Below are positions 46,596 through 58,803 of a stretch of DNA of 64,000 nucleotides, one piece after another. The notes beneath the pieces are model-generated. The model was not told the DNA's origin. It did not search any database and worked only from the letters and a program-made list of their open reading frames with translations. The position numbers and the translations under genes are program-made. Location of the stretch: assembly GCA_001179505.1 (NCBI GenBank), contig CDMY01000272.1, positions 62,001 to 126,000 on the forward strand, in the 5' to 3' direction. The first letter of the stretch is position 1, and each line of letters begins with the position of its first letter. This DNA comes from Vitrella brassicaformis CCMP3155 (taxonomy: Eukaryota; Protista; Chromerida).

Positions 46596-49500
46596 ATGTC
46601 GGATCCGGTGGAGGTCAGCATCGAGTACTGCACCTCGAATGGCTTCAGCACCACATACAAGGTCGAGAAATATCCCCAAGTGTGCGACGCAGTAACGGTG
46701 AGTGCATGAGAGGGGGGGACGACAGGACAGAGGGCTGCATGGCGGGTGTGTTTTGGGTGTGGTGTGGTCAGGGGGCCCTCTACGACGAGCTGGGGGAGGT
46801 CTCAATCAAGATCAATGAAGGTGGGGCTGGCGAGTGGCTTCCCTGCATGTGTCATCTCATCTTTGGTGTGCTTGTCCAGTGCCCAGCGGATGGAAGCCGT
46901 ACTTCAACATGGAGAGCATCTACTTCAAGCGCCAAGCAGACGGGTCACCCACACTGTGGTCGTAAGTCCCGACAAGGCTACATACACGCCGTCATGGGCC
47001 GGGAGGTCAATGGCGCGTCGTTTCTCCCTGTCAGCTTCCCAAGGCGTGGTTCGTTTGAAGTCAGCGTCAAGTCTGGCAACGTCTCACGGGTCAGTCAGCC
47101 TGGAAGAGGAAAGGGGAAATTATCACACACACTGCCGCTTCCTCTTCTTGCCTGTCTACTTGTCTGTCACATCATGTCATGCAGGAGATGTTCTCGAAGC
47201 TCAAGTCAGGCACCTGGCCTAACGTGTCCAAACTCGCAAAGGAGATAGCCAAGGTGGGGCTCAGAGGGACGTGGCGCGTGTAAGGCGATTGTGTATGTCG
47301 TTCACAATGGTCAGTTTGCCGAGGAGCCGACCAAGTACACTCCTCCTGATGCCTCGCCGGGCGGCAAGAACGGCCAAGCAGGAAGGGCACCATCACCCGT
47401 AAGGCATTTCTGGTGTCTTGAAGCCTCTCTTGATCACCATTGTTGCGAGGTGTCTCTGTTGGTTTGTTAGGACCATACCCAGTCACCAGGACCTCGCCCT
47501 CGGCCCCCCAGGCAGAGAGCCGACAGCCCCCGTGGCACATCCAGAATGCCCGAGGCTTTCGCCATGTCGCCCTACTACTCGCCAAGGTCGCCACCCCAAA
47601 AACGCCCCGGCCAGCGGGCCAAGTCCCCCGGACCGGCCGCCAAGCGCAAGGTGTCCAAAGAGAGACGGGAGGAGGTGGAGCAGGAACCAAAACCGCCTGT
47701 GACGTTCGGTGAAGACAAAAAGGTGCGCCACATGGAGGACATTTCAGGCTTTTGGACACGCAAGAAAGCCTCATTCTCTTACCGTCAGGAGAACGTGGTG
47801 GAGGAGCGGCCACCAAAACCGTCTGAGGACCCTCAGCGTCGCGAGATGGTGGAGGAGCCTGCCCCGCCTGCCCCGCCCCCTCGCGAGCCCGTTGTGGTGC
47901 CGACCGTCATTGTGCCAACGGTGCCCAAGGAGGAGGGCCCACCCGAGCAGCAGGAGGAGGCAATGGTTGTGGAGGAGAAGGAAGAGCCGAAAGAGGATGT
48001 CGTCATGGTGCCATCGGAGACCAAGTCAGAGAGGTACGACGAGGAGACCTTCGAGGCGCCCGAGGAGGAAGAGGACAAGAAGACCGCCGAGGAGCCGCCG
48101 GCAGAGGTCAAGAGCGAGGCGCCCGTCTCTGAGATCCCTGAGGAAGAGGAGCCACGGACAGTTCCAGAGCACAAAGAGGAGCCGCCCGAGGAGGAAAAGG
48201 AGACAGAGAAAGACGAGGGTAAGTGAATGTCTTGCAATTCTGTCATATACAGCTTGGTCCCTCCTCAAATGTCTGACGTGTGCAGCTGAGGTGAAGGAGC
48301 CCTCCGTCGTCGGGGAGGAGCAGCCGGCACCAGTGGAGGAGAAGGAGGAAAAGCCCGTGCCAGAGGAGGTCAAGTCGGACGAGGGCTACCAACCCGACTT
48401 CGAAGACCAACAGGAGGGACAAGCAGACACGTACTGCATCGAACACACACATACACCTGCACAGGTTGTGCTGTCATGCCTGGTTTTGTGTGTGCTTCCA
48501 GCGCCCCCCCTGCGCCCGTTGAAGACTTCGCTGGCAAGACAGAGCCGCCTGTCGTTGAAGCTGTCGAGGTTGTCCAGGAGGCCAAGGAGGAGGACAAGAC
48601 AGCTGAGATGCCGCTGGTGGAGGAAACAGTCGGGGAGGGAGGGGAGGCAAAGGAGGAGATGCCCGTCGAGGAAGAGGCCGCCAAGCCGGAAGTAACCGAG
48701 GACACAGTTGAAGCACCCGCACAACAAGAAGAGGTTGGTGCATCCACCACCAGAGCAATAGCGCTCACCCATCTCGATGTCACTGTGTCCTTGCTCTGTC
48801 ACACATCGACACGTGCAGGCTCCTCCACCCCGAGAGCCTGACGCCACGCCAGTGGCCCCACATGTCGAAGAAACGTCGCCCGAGCACCGTCACCCACCGA
48901 CAGAGACCAAGGAGGAGGAACCTGTCGCTGGTCAGGAGGCCCCTGTGGCCGCCGTTGAGGTCAGTGAAGAGGTCCCGGCACCTGTTGAGGAGCAGAAGGA
49001 GGCCGTTCCGACCGAGACACAGCAGGAGCCCCCACTCGAGGAGCCTGCCAAAGTCGAGGAAGAAGCCGCTCCTGTGGAGGAGGTGAAAGAAGAGGCCCCA
49101 CCCGCCATCGTTGAGGAGGGCAAGGAAGAGCCCCCGGCTGAGACGAAGGGGGAAGAGAACGCCGAGGCTCTTGAGGAGGCCCCACCTGCTCCTGCGGCTG
49201 AGGAGGCCGTGGAGGCATCCGAGCAGCCCAAGGAAGAGCCTCCAACCGAGGACGGAGAGGTGGCCGAGCCCGCAGCGCCACAGGAGGAGGCCCCTGCTGC
49301 TGAAGTGCCGGAGGCGCCTGCCGAGGAGCAGAAGGAGGCTGAGCAGGTCGAAACACAGGCTCAGCCGGCCACTGTGGCTGTGGAAGAGGCTGCCCCTGTC
49401 GAGGAAGCCAAGGAAGAGGCGGCCAAGGAAGAGGCGACCAAGGAAGAGGCGGCGGAGGTCACAGAAGAGAAGGTCGAGGAGGCTCCAGCGGCTGAGCCCG

Positions 49501-51138
49501 AGGCAAAGGAGGAAGTCGCAGAGAAGAAAGTTGAGGAGGCCCCGGCGGCTGAGGCCGAGACAAAGGAGGAAGAGAAGGCCGAGGCTGTTGAAGAGGCCCC
49601 GGCCGAGGCAGAAGAAGAGCCAAAGAAAGAGGAAGAGGTGCGCCAAAGGATCCGTAGATGATCCACACATGCAGGTACGGTACATGGTCTGGGTGTGTGT
49701 GTGCCTATCTTGTGGCTGCAGAAGCATCCGCTGATGGAGCCCTCTAAAACCTATGACCTGAAGCTGGCGGTGGGGCAGGGCAAGAACCAGCGACTCACGT
49801 ACACCAATACCACGGGAGAGGACCAGGTACGGCAGATAGACACCAAAGAATGAGGGCTTGGAAGCAGCTGCCGCTGTCACGTAAATGCCTGGTCTGGTCT
49901 GGTGTCGTTCATTGCTTCCAACCTTTAGCTGTACCACCTTCGGTCGAGCGACCCCACATTGATGACGTTGAAGCAGGATGAAGTCGCCATACCCAATGGT
50001 AGGTAGGGACACACGGAGTACCAGGAAGATTCACACACCCATTCTCAGCACTATATACCAGCTACACTTGTGCCTGCTGTGTGCCCTGTCTGTCATTGAC
50101 TTGACGAGGCACGACTGGCAAGTTCTCGATTCGTTTCAAGGAGGTGAGACAGACAAGCTTGACACTGTGACCCCGCAATGATGCCACTGCATCTCTCTTG
50201 CTGTCTGTCAGCTGGACCATGCGTGTGAGAAGACCTTCTACCTCTACGTGGAGGACGAGAACCTCGCCATCCTCGACTGCATCGCCGTCAGTGTCACCTA
50301 CATCGAAACTGACCAGCCGCCGCGAACCACCCCCCCGCCAGACGAGGGCGAGCAGGAGGGTGCCAAGGCTGCCAAGGCTGAAGAGCCCGAGACACCTGTG
50401 CCTCAACCCGAGTCAGGGGCAACGAGTGTGGCTGTGACTCGTGTGCAGTCGAGGCACCCGACTGTCGCTGTCGTGCCTGAGGTGGAGGGGCAGGACGAAG
50501 GGGAGGGCAAAGCCGAGACGGGCGAGGAAAAGGCCCAGGAGGCTGAAATGGTACGAATGGATGGATGGATGGATGGATGGAGGATGCAGTCGATTCCTTG
50601 TGACGCGTGTCTCTGTGTTGTATGGGTGCGCACAGGGTGGTGGTGAGGCTGGGGAGGGGACTCATCCTGAGATCGAGCCGTCCAAGTCCTACGACCTTCG
50701 GTTGGCCGTCGGGCAGAAGAAGAACCAGAAACTCACCTACACCAACATGACGGGGGAGGACCAGGTGAGGTTAAGAGATGGACGCAAGAATGTACAGCCA
50801 CATCCAAACAAGAAAGCACTGTACACGGTGTGATAGGTGTATCATCTCCGCACGAGCCATCCTGCCTTCATGGTGCTCAAGGAGGACAAGGTGCCCATCG
50901 CCGCTGCCGCCACGGGCAAATTCGCCATCCTCTTCAAAGAGGTCATTCGGCCGCCAGCTGTCCCACCATCCACAGGGATGGATGTCCATGTGTGTGTGTG
51001 CAGGTGTCGGAGGCGTGTGAGAAGAGCTACTACTTGTATGTTGACGACAGCGACAACAACCTCATCGAGTGCATCCAGATCAACATCATATACATCGCCC
51101 ACGGGCTCAATCCTTCACCCACGAGTCTGAGGGACTGA
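46596..51138 (+). CDS. Multi-exon protein: N-terminal Rdx (SelW/SelT/SelH-like) domain with CxxN, a long Glu/Pro/Ala-rich spacer, and two NPHP4-C-terminal-like Ig domains
   Basis: MSDPVEVSIEYCTSNGF..EKY..|..FPRRGSFEVSV..|EMFSKLKSGTWPNVSKLAKEI (Rdx motifs). The phases of all the introns I traced keep frame into the E-rich exons. Two repeats follow: EPSK(T/S)YDL(K/R)LAVGQ.KNQ(R/K)LTYTN.TGEDQ|.YHLR.S.P..M.LK.D.V.I...TGKF.I.FKE|...CEK..YLYV.D......CI....Y. The stop is TGA at 51136-51138. Confidence 0.8.
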
Positions 51139-51754
51139 CTGACTGACTGACTGACTCCACGCACATCCGCCGCACTTCACGCTGAGTCCACCCACACATG
51201 CACCCATACGAACACAGTACACCCCTGCACGAGTGTTCCGATGTTGGCGTTCCGTCGCTCTGCCACTGAAGTCATCTTTGTTTGCTGAGAAGGGAATGGG
51301 GGCAATACACTCAAGGGGGAAAAGGACTGTCTGTACTGGCTGCTGAAGGCCACAGGTGAAGTGGGCGCACACCAGGATTGTTGCCTTGCGTTCTACCCAC
51401 GCAGAGCGCCCAAAAGGGCCTTGATCCATCCATCCATCGCTTTGCTTTACGGTGTCCCGGTTGTCTGGCTTGTCGACGAGGGCAATGTGCGTGAGACATG
51501 GGCGATTGCTACGGGTGGATGGGGAAAGGCACTCGACTGCATGGGGAGGGTGGGACACTGAAGAATGAAGACTTTGCGTACCGGCAACACACGAATCGAC
51601 GATAACAATTCAGTACTGCAGCACGCAAGCCAACAAAGTTTTCATGTCCACTGCATGACCACACAGAGACATGTCATGTACACACATACACCCAACGCCA
51701 CTCGGCGTTCCAAACAACAACTTGAAGAAAAATTACCCAGTAGTCACCGTTGGT

Positions 51755-54700
51755 TCACCTCCCCCTCCCTCTCTCTGCCCCATACTTGGTCATCGGTGCC
51801 GCCATAGGAATATGATGCGGCTGCTGCTGCATCATCACTGGCCCAGCAGAGGGCCCAGCACGACTTGCGAGGCTCTTGCGCGATCCGTTCCGTCTTATTC
51901 TTGCGTCTCGTCCGTCGTCCTGCATTATTGACGACCCGCTGGGGCTGGAGGGATGCGGAGGGAAGAAGCCGCAGCACGCTTTGGGATGCGCACTCTTGCC
52001 CCGCACCCCCATCATTTGCTTGAGGGACGGCGTGTGTCTGAATGAGGGTGGGGGGGCCGGAGGCGGCGGTGTCTTGGCTGCCGTATGGTGAATATTAGGC
52101 ATGGACACTCGATGGCTGTTGGGCGGGGCGCTGACCTTGCCCAGCTGCAGGGGAGGGATTCGCCTGGCGCGGGACGAAGGCGGGACAGATGTGGATGGGA
52201 AATAAAGGGGGGGTACCATCGGGCCAGGAGGGGGAGACAGAGGTGACGGGTGATGTCCCGAGAAATAAGGCAGGGCGCTCTTCGGAGGGTGATGTCCGGG
52301 GGGTGGGTGATGGTACCGAGCAGACATCGGGCCGGGTTGCATTGGAGACACGGCATTCCGGACCGATTGCATGAGGTTGGGCGGGATCGGGATGGAACGC
52401 CACGTGTGGTGGGGGCTGCCATTAGGATAGCGCGCGGTCATCGGTGCGCTTCTGTCGACTGTCCTTCTGGGCGGCAGAGGTGCCCCGTCATTGACAAGGG
52501 GCGCCTGGTCGCTGTTGAAGGGCTGTGTGAGGTGGAGAGCATTGGGTGGCGGGGTGGGGTGGTGAAGGGCGGCGGCGAGGCCGAATGATGGGGGCCCCAT
52601 TTGGGGGCAGAGGTTGACCACATTCGGCGGGCTGAAGGCTGATGACGTGCTGTCCTTGATCTCATCTTCGACAAACTGCCGGACCAGCCTGTGACGGAAG
52701 TGGTGCAGCGCTCGGTGTATCCACAGTTGGCGCTGAGAAAAGGACACGATGGCCACGTCAATCAATGGACACACCTCTCTCTGCCAATCGTTACCTGTCG
52801 AATGAGGGGCCCCCTCGGTGACGGCGGTGCCGACCGACAGTACGGCACGTACAAAGGCGCCTCTCCCAACCCACCGCGCTCTCGAGTGTCTCTTCGCTGG
52901 TCAACATGGCTGGCTGCCTTCGGGCCACTGGCGCGCGGCGAGATCGGCGCCGAGACAGGCGAGATGACTAGTTTGGGGATTCGGAGCGACCGAGGCCGTG
53001 CGGGCGGCTCTTGTCGAGGCGCTCGTGGTGGGCTGCTGGTGCATATGTTGATGCACGGAGAGGGTGATGACGGCCGTGGTTGGCGCTGACGGGTGGCGGG
53101 CTCGCCGCCGATCTGCTCGATGCGCTGGGCGATGCCGGCGAGGAAAATCTCGCCATACTGGAGAGCCTGTAAGGGGGATTCGCACATGACACACTATGCA
53201 CCATGTACCGTCTTGGTGGCCGGTTACCTGTCCGACGGCTGCGGTGGGTATCGGTTGTTGTGTGTCGGACTGTGCGGCGTGTTGGATGTGGTACTGCACT
53301 TGGTCATTGAGCTGGTTGAGACGCTCCTCGAAGCAGTGGCGGAACTCGGCCATCTTGCCGACAGCTTGCTTGAACTCAGACCTGGGCAGGGCAGGCAGGG
53401 CCATGGAAGGAGTTGAGCGGTGACGTGCTCCTGTGAACTATGTAGGTACGCACCTGAATCTTGCGAGCTGCTGCTCCTTTTCCATGTACAGCTGGTGGAG
53501 CCGTTCATTTCTCTGTCGGAGGTCCTCTGAAAGGCAAAGTGAAGTGCGCTATACATTTATTTCCGTGGACCGAAGCAAGCGAGCCTCTCTTTTGCTTACC
53601 GATGGTCTTTCTGACAGTGGGCGAAGACTCCATGACACTGCTTAGCGTCTGCGGGGACACACACAGACACGCCAGCCGCAGGGCCTTCCTTCATGCGTCA
53701 ACCGGTAGTGCGTGCGCATTGCCTCACCATCGATGCCCCGTGTTGCAGTGCCGCAGGTGGAGCTCCTCCCTCCTCAGAAAGCTCCGTGATACGGCTCTCC
53801 AGCTCAGCAACCCGCTGGCGCAGCGCCATTACGAGTGGATGGTGGTCCAACATGGCGTAGTCACGCGGCGAGGCGCTCAGGGCCAGCGAGGAACGGCGCT
53901 CGGCGTCGGCATTAGCAGCGGCAGCCACCGGACTCATCTCGTCCAAGTGCTGATGCCAAGAGAGATGGTCACGCAAGGATGCACGTCAGGCAGTCATCTA
54001 GATTATCAAGGCAAGTACACATACCTGAGTGAATTGGCGGATGTTGGCTGTGGCGGTGTTGAGTCGTCTGAGAAATTTGCCCTCTTTGGAGTTGGCGTCG
54101 AATGTGACCATGTGTCTCATTCGGATCCTCTTGGTGCCGCCGGTGGTGCCGTCCTCTGGGGCCTCGTCCTCGCCCCCCTCCACAACCTCAGGCACCTCAA
54201 CGATCTCACCACCGATCTCCATCGAACCTGGGCGGGGTTTGCAGACAAACGGAACGAGCACAGACACCGATTGATTGACTGGTCGGTTGGTTGGTTGGTT
54301 GGTTGGTTGGTTTTACTTCTGAGTTCGAGGTCTTCTTCCTCTTCGTCTTCGTCGATGGCAGCGATGGCGCTGAAGTTGTGCTGGGACGCCAATGCGCTCA
54401 GAATGGCGCTGGGGCTCGCTACCCTGCATCCATCAAAGGGGGTGCGGTTTACTCGTCTTCCTTTGTGTCAGTCACTCCTTGCCGAGAGCTTACGATTGGG
54501 CGAGAGGCGTATCTCCCGGCCCAACACCCATTTCCGTCGTCTCAATGCCGCCCCTCTGCTGCTTCAGCTTCTCAGTCAGCAGGGCATTTGCCACAGCCTG
54601 TTCGGCAGAGTGTGTCTCCAGCGTCATCAAGCGGATCTGGAGGCGCTTGAACTCGCCGAGGAGGTTCTGGCTCTGCGTGCGCATCTGGTTCACAAAAGCC

Positions 54701-57700
54701 AAAGCTTTGACCCTTTGGTTCTCGAGGTCGCGGCGGTCCTCCTCGGTCTTCTTGACGCAGTCGAAGTACTTGTCCCGGATCTCATTGACGTCGTTCTCCA
54801 GTTTCTCGATCTGCGCGTCCTTTGCAGCGATGGTCTTGGCCGTCTCACTGGCCGATGCCTCCAGCTGAAACATATATGGCGAAGGAAGAATTGTCACTCA
54901 GGAAAAGAATGCAGTGCGTCTTCGACCTGCAAGAGGCGTGAACTGAGTTCCTCCGCCTTCACCTCGAGCTCGCCGCTGCACAGTCAACAGACAGGTCAAG
55001 TAAGGTGCCTTGTCAGGGTTTCTCCGGCCCGTCAGCTCACTTGTATCTGTCGGCATTGGTCGCAAAGGCCTGCAGCTGCCTGAGCTGGTTCCGCAGGTCC
55101 AGCACTGCCTTCTTGTTCGAGAGGTCCTCCGGTATCACCACAACAGGCATGTCGCCCTTCCGCCCCGTCATGCTGCTCTTTGCCCCCCTCCCGCCGGGTG
55201 CCGGAGACACAGAGATCGATGGCGTCTTGCCTTTGGCCGCTGCCGCCCTGGCCTTGGCCTTGGCGGGGACGCTCTTGCCCCTGCCAGCTGCTGTTGAGGG
55301 GGGAGGGGGTGTGAGAGAAAGGCGGGGCGCCTCTTCCTCCTCTGACTCTTCCAGGTCTTCATGGGGCATCTCGATCAGTTTGGGGGTGGAGGGGATACGC
55401 CCGAACGCCGACTGACGACGGGGACCCTAAACAAACGCACAAACAGGTCCACGCACAATGTCCTCTGCCGGCGCCCTGCTGTCTTACAGCGTCTTTTCGG
55501 TAGCTGGTTGCAGCTGCCGTGTCGATAGATGCGCGTCGCCGCGCGGCCCTTTCCTCCTCCAGCTGTGCGATGGCCAGCTCTGATGCCAGAGACCCCGCTT
55601 CTATGTTGGAGCTGCGACCGCTGCCGCCTCGCGTCTTCTGCAAATTGCCGACCAACTCCTGCACGAAGAGGGGGGAGATGAAGGGTCATGAATGCACATC
55701 TGCCGAGTCCCGTCATGCTTCCCATCGTACGTACCTCTTTCTCTTTGAGCTGCTCCTGGACGGATTTTAGCGTGGCTGGCAAAACACACGCATAGAAACA
55801 GGATGGATGGCACATGCCCCCGTTGTCGGTGCGCACCTTTCAGCGCTTCGCATTGTCCCTTCCAGCGGTCCACCTCACTCATCAAAAAGCTCTTCTGAAT
55901 CACGAAACTGAATACACACACACACACACACGCACACACACCAGGCAGACAAGAGACACATAGGTGCGGTAGTGCACCTGATGTGTTCTCACTTACTCGC
56001 TTTTGAGGTTGTCGATCTTGGCGCCCATCTCCCTCTCCCTACAGTGCAGGCAGGCGCACCCTTCCATGGAACCTCCAACTTGTGTGTATTGTATGTCTCT
56101 CCTACTTGGCCTCGAGCAGCAGCCGCTGTCCTCTGAACCACTGCTGTTGGCGGAGCTCCTCGTGCTCCTTGGATGCCGACTCCTGCGCCTTGGCCTCGCT
56201 CTCTTGCACTGCATGCGTCGTGGATGTCGGATTGGTTTGTGGGAGCCAGCAACCAACACCCATTCAGGCGATTGAACAGTGTGCGGTGTTGCGACTGACT
56301 GACCTTTGTCCTGGAGTTTTGTGATTTGTGTCTGTAGCTCGAGGAGTTCCTTCTCGACGTTTTCGTAGTTCCGACGGAGCCTCTTTGTCTCCTCCTGCCA
56401 CACACAGAGACATCCATCCACGGCCAGTCAATCCACAAGCGAATCGATCACACGCACCTCCGATGTCTTGAGTTTGGCCTCTACGAGAGCGATGTCTCTG
56501 TCTCGGTCGAACAGCTGCTTCTCGAGCTTGAACTTGTCCGACCGGTCCTTACGGTAGGTGAGGATCTCCTGCTGCAGATCCTCTATCTTGAGCTGAGCAT
56601 CGTCCAGACTTTGCACCAGCTCCTCTACCATCTGCTCCTTCTGCTTCTCGCGAATGCCCGACGGCCGCCGCTGACCACTCGACGTGCCGCTCCACCCGAT
56701 GCTGCCTGGCCCCGCACCTCCACCCCCCGCCATGGCGGCCATCAAAGGGCCCGGTTTGGTCGGCAGCTGTGTGCTCATGACCGCGATGGATGCTCGACGG
56801 TTGCGGCTGGCAGCTGCAGCTGGGACGGCCAGACCACCGCCGCCTCGTGAAGGGGCAGGGAAGACTGACAGGGATAAGAAAGAGGGCACATAGCTGAGGG
56901 TGCTGCTTGTATCGTGATGTGTTGCCTTTGCGTACCCGGTAGTGGTTCGGGTCCTCCCGAGGTGGAGAGGACGGACGACCTTCGCGAGTCGTATGACGAC
57001 CCGCTGCCCTGAGGCAAAACGGAGGGGTGCTCGCCCTCTACCTCCTCTACATGCTGAGCTAGCCTGCACACACCAACGAGAGACACACACATGTCATGTC
57101 AGGATGGAGTGGATGGATGGATGGATGGCGTGTGGAAGACATTCATTGGGTGGGGAGACACGGCTTGTCTCGGGTGGGGAGACATTCATTCGCCCTGACC
57201 TGGCAATTTCTACTTCCTTTCGCTCCATCTGTTTGGACATCTTCTTGATAGTGACTTGCTGCTTCCACAACTTAGCATACGGCAAAGCCACCTTGTCAGC
57301 CGGCACGCTGCCGCGCTTCGCCGCCGGCCCCACTGTGCTGGGGCGAACGTCTCTCTTGGCCACACCCTCCGCCGTCTTCGGGCTTACTGACACCGACTTG
57401 GCAGCTGGCCGTCTCCCCTCCCCACCTCTGCTCCCCAGCCGAATGATTGGTCGAGGCCCCGTGCCAAGAGGGCTTGGCGAGGTCTTCCTGCCAGTGGGAG
57501 AGGGGGGTGACTGCAGGCTGCCCTCTTGTCGCTGGCTCAGGCTGAGACGTGGCGCGTTGGCATGAAACGTGTCAGGTGCCGGGGGAGTGGCGGCCTCTCT
57601 GTCGGTGGAACCGCGGGCGTTGGTGCCCTGACTCAGCTGGCTCGAGTGCCTGTGGAAAAAGAGAGAGGACTCACGTGCTTCTTCTGCATGTCGGCTATGT

Positions 57701-58762
57701 GACGGATGCATGAGTGACTCTCACATTGATGGCTGAGACATCTGCGACGCCTGTGAGGCCGTGCGATAGAGGTTGGCCGCACCCGCGTCGTCCGACCCCG
57801 CCGACCCTCGCCCCTTGGCTTTCGCCCGGGCCTTCTTTCTCTCGCCCTCCAGGCCCGCCAGGATTGGTGACGGCCCGGCCTGCGAGTGGGTCGGCGACCC
57901 AGCTGCAGACGAGGACGTCAGCTTCAGCACGGGAGCTGACCACAACAACAAGGGAATCCACACCAAGCACACCTTCTGACGGTTCTCTCTCCTCCCACCT
58001 GGTGTAGGACTTTCCGGTATCTGTGCGAGGGACGACCTGAATCCATGGGAGGTCGGCAGAGGTGAGGGAGCTGGGGAAGTGTCGGCATCGAAGTGAAGGG
58101 GGCTGGGGCGGCCTCGAGTGGGGTTGGGCGGCGTCTGGCCGCTCGGGACAGGCTTCGGGCTCGCCGACGCACTTTTGCTACCTGACGGATGGACAGAAAG
58201 GATGGATGAAAGCCACCGATTGATTCATCATGGCAGTGAGTGTCTCGCTCACCTGGCTCCCGCAAAGTCTGCGACTTGGCGAGACCCTCTACCTCCTCAG
58301 GCTGGCTGAACATCACACTGTCCCTCCCTCCGCTCCCCGACGAGCCTGCACTGCCACTCCTGCTTCCCGCCGCCCGGCCCCGTGAAGTCGGCCTCCCAGC
58401 CTGCGATCCATGAACATCGTGTCAACTGACCACGCATGGCTCTGCATCGTGCGGCTGGTGCCTACCTTTGCTGGGCTGCTCGACGCGAGTGCAGAGGGTG
58501 TCTTGGGGAGTGCCGGGGAGGCATCCTCCTTCTGAGAGGACTCTGATACGGTGGGGATGCGCTTCATCGTCACAATTCAGGGCTCTGCAAGGTAGAGGGA
58601 GGTGAAACGCGACAACGACTCTGACATGTGTGCATGAGCTTGCAGCTCGCAGCCCCCAAGCCCCCACCCTTTCTCCCCCCGGTTGCGGTCCTTCCTCCAG
58701 CTCTGACTCTCATGGAGTCGCTGCAATTTAGGTTTGTCGGACGGAGCTGGCTTTGAAGTCAT
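51755..58762 (-). CDS. Large coiled-coil protein with Ser/Pro/Arg-rich disordered termini; function unknown
   Basis: Many GT-AG exons with heptad-like E/K/Q/L content (VEELVQSLDDAQLKIEDLQQEI, KDAQIEKLENDVNEIRDKY, LRQRVAELESRITEL, EDLRQRNERLHQLYMEKEQQL). The Pro-rich last exon ends at 51755. The start may be at 58762 (MTSKPAPSDK) or downstream. It could be more than one gene. Confidence 0.7.
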
Positions 58763-58803
58763 GAGAGTCCTTTGACGCTGAGTGAGGCCGTCTTGCCGGC
58801 CAC

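Noticed and set aside
46626-46643. Selenoprotein (UGA-Sec) in the Rdx domain
   Set aside because: The codon at the Sec position is AAT (Asn); there is no in-frame TGA.
48780-50012. 410-aa Leu/Arg/Phe-rich minus-strand ORF that looks like a membrane protein
   Set aside because: It is the reverse complement of the GAG/GAA-rich acidic exon on the plus strand.
53461-55083. 540-aa plus-strand ORF
   Set aside because: It is an antisense shadow of the coiled-coil gene. It runs through that gene's introns and has no domain-like content.
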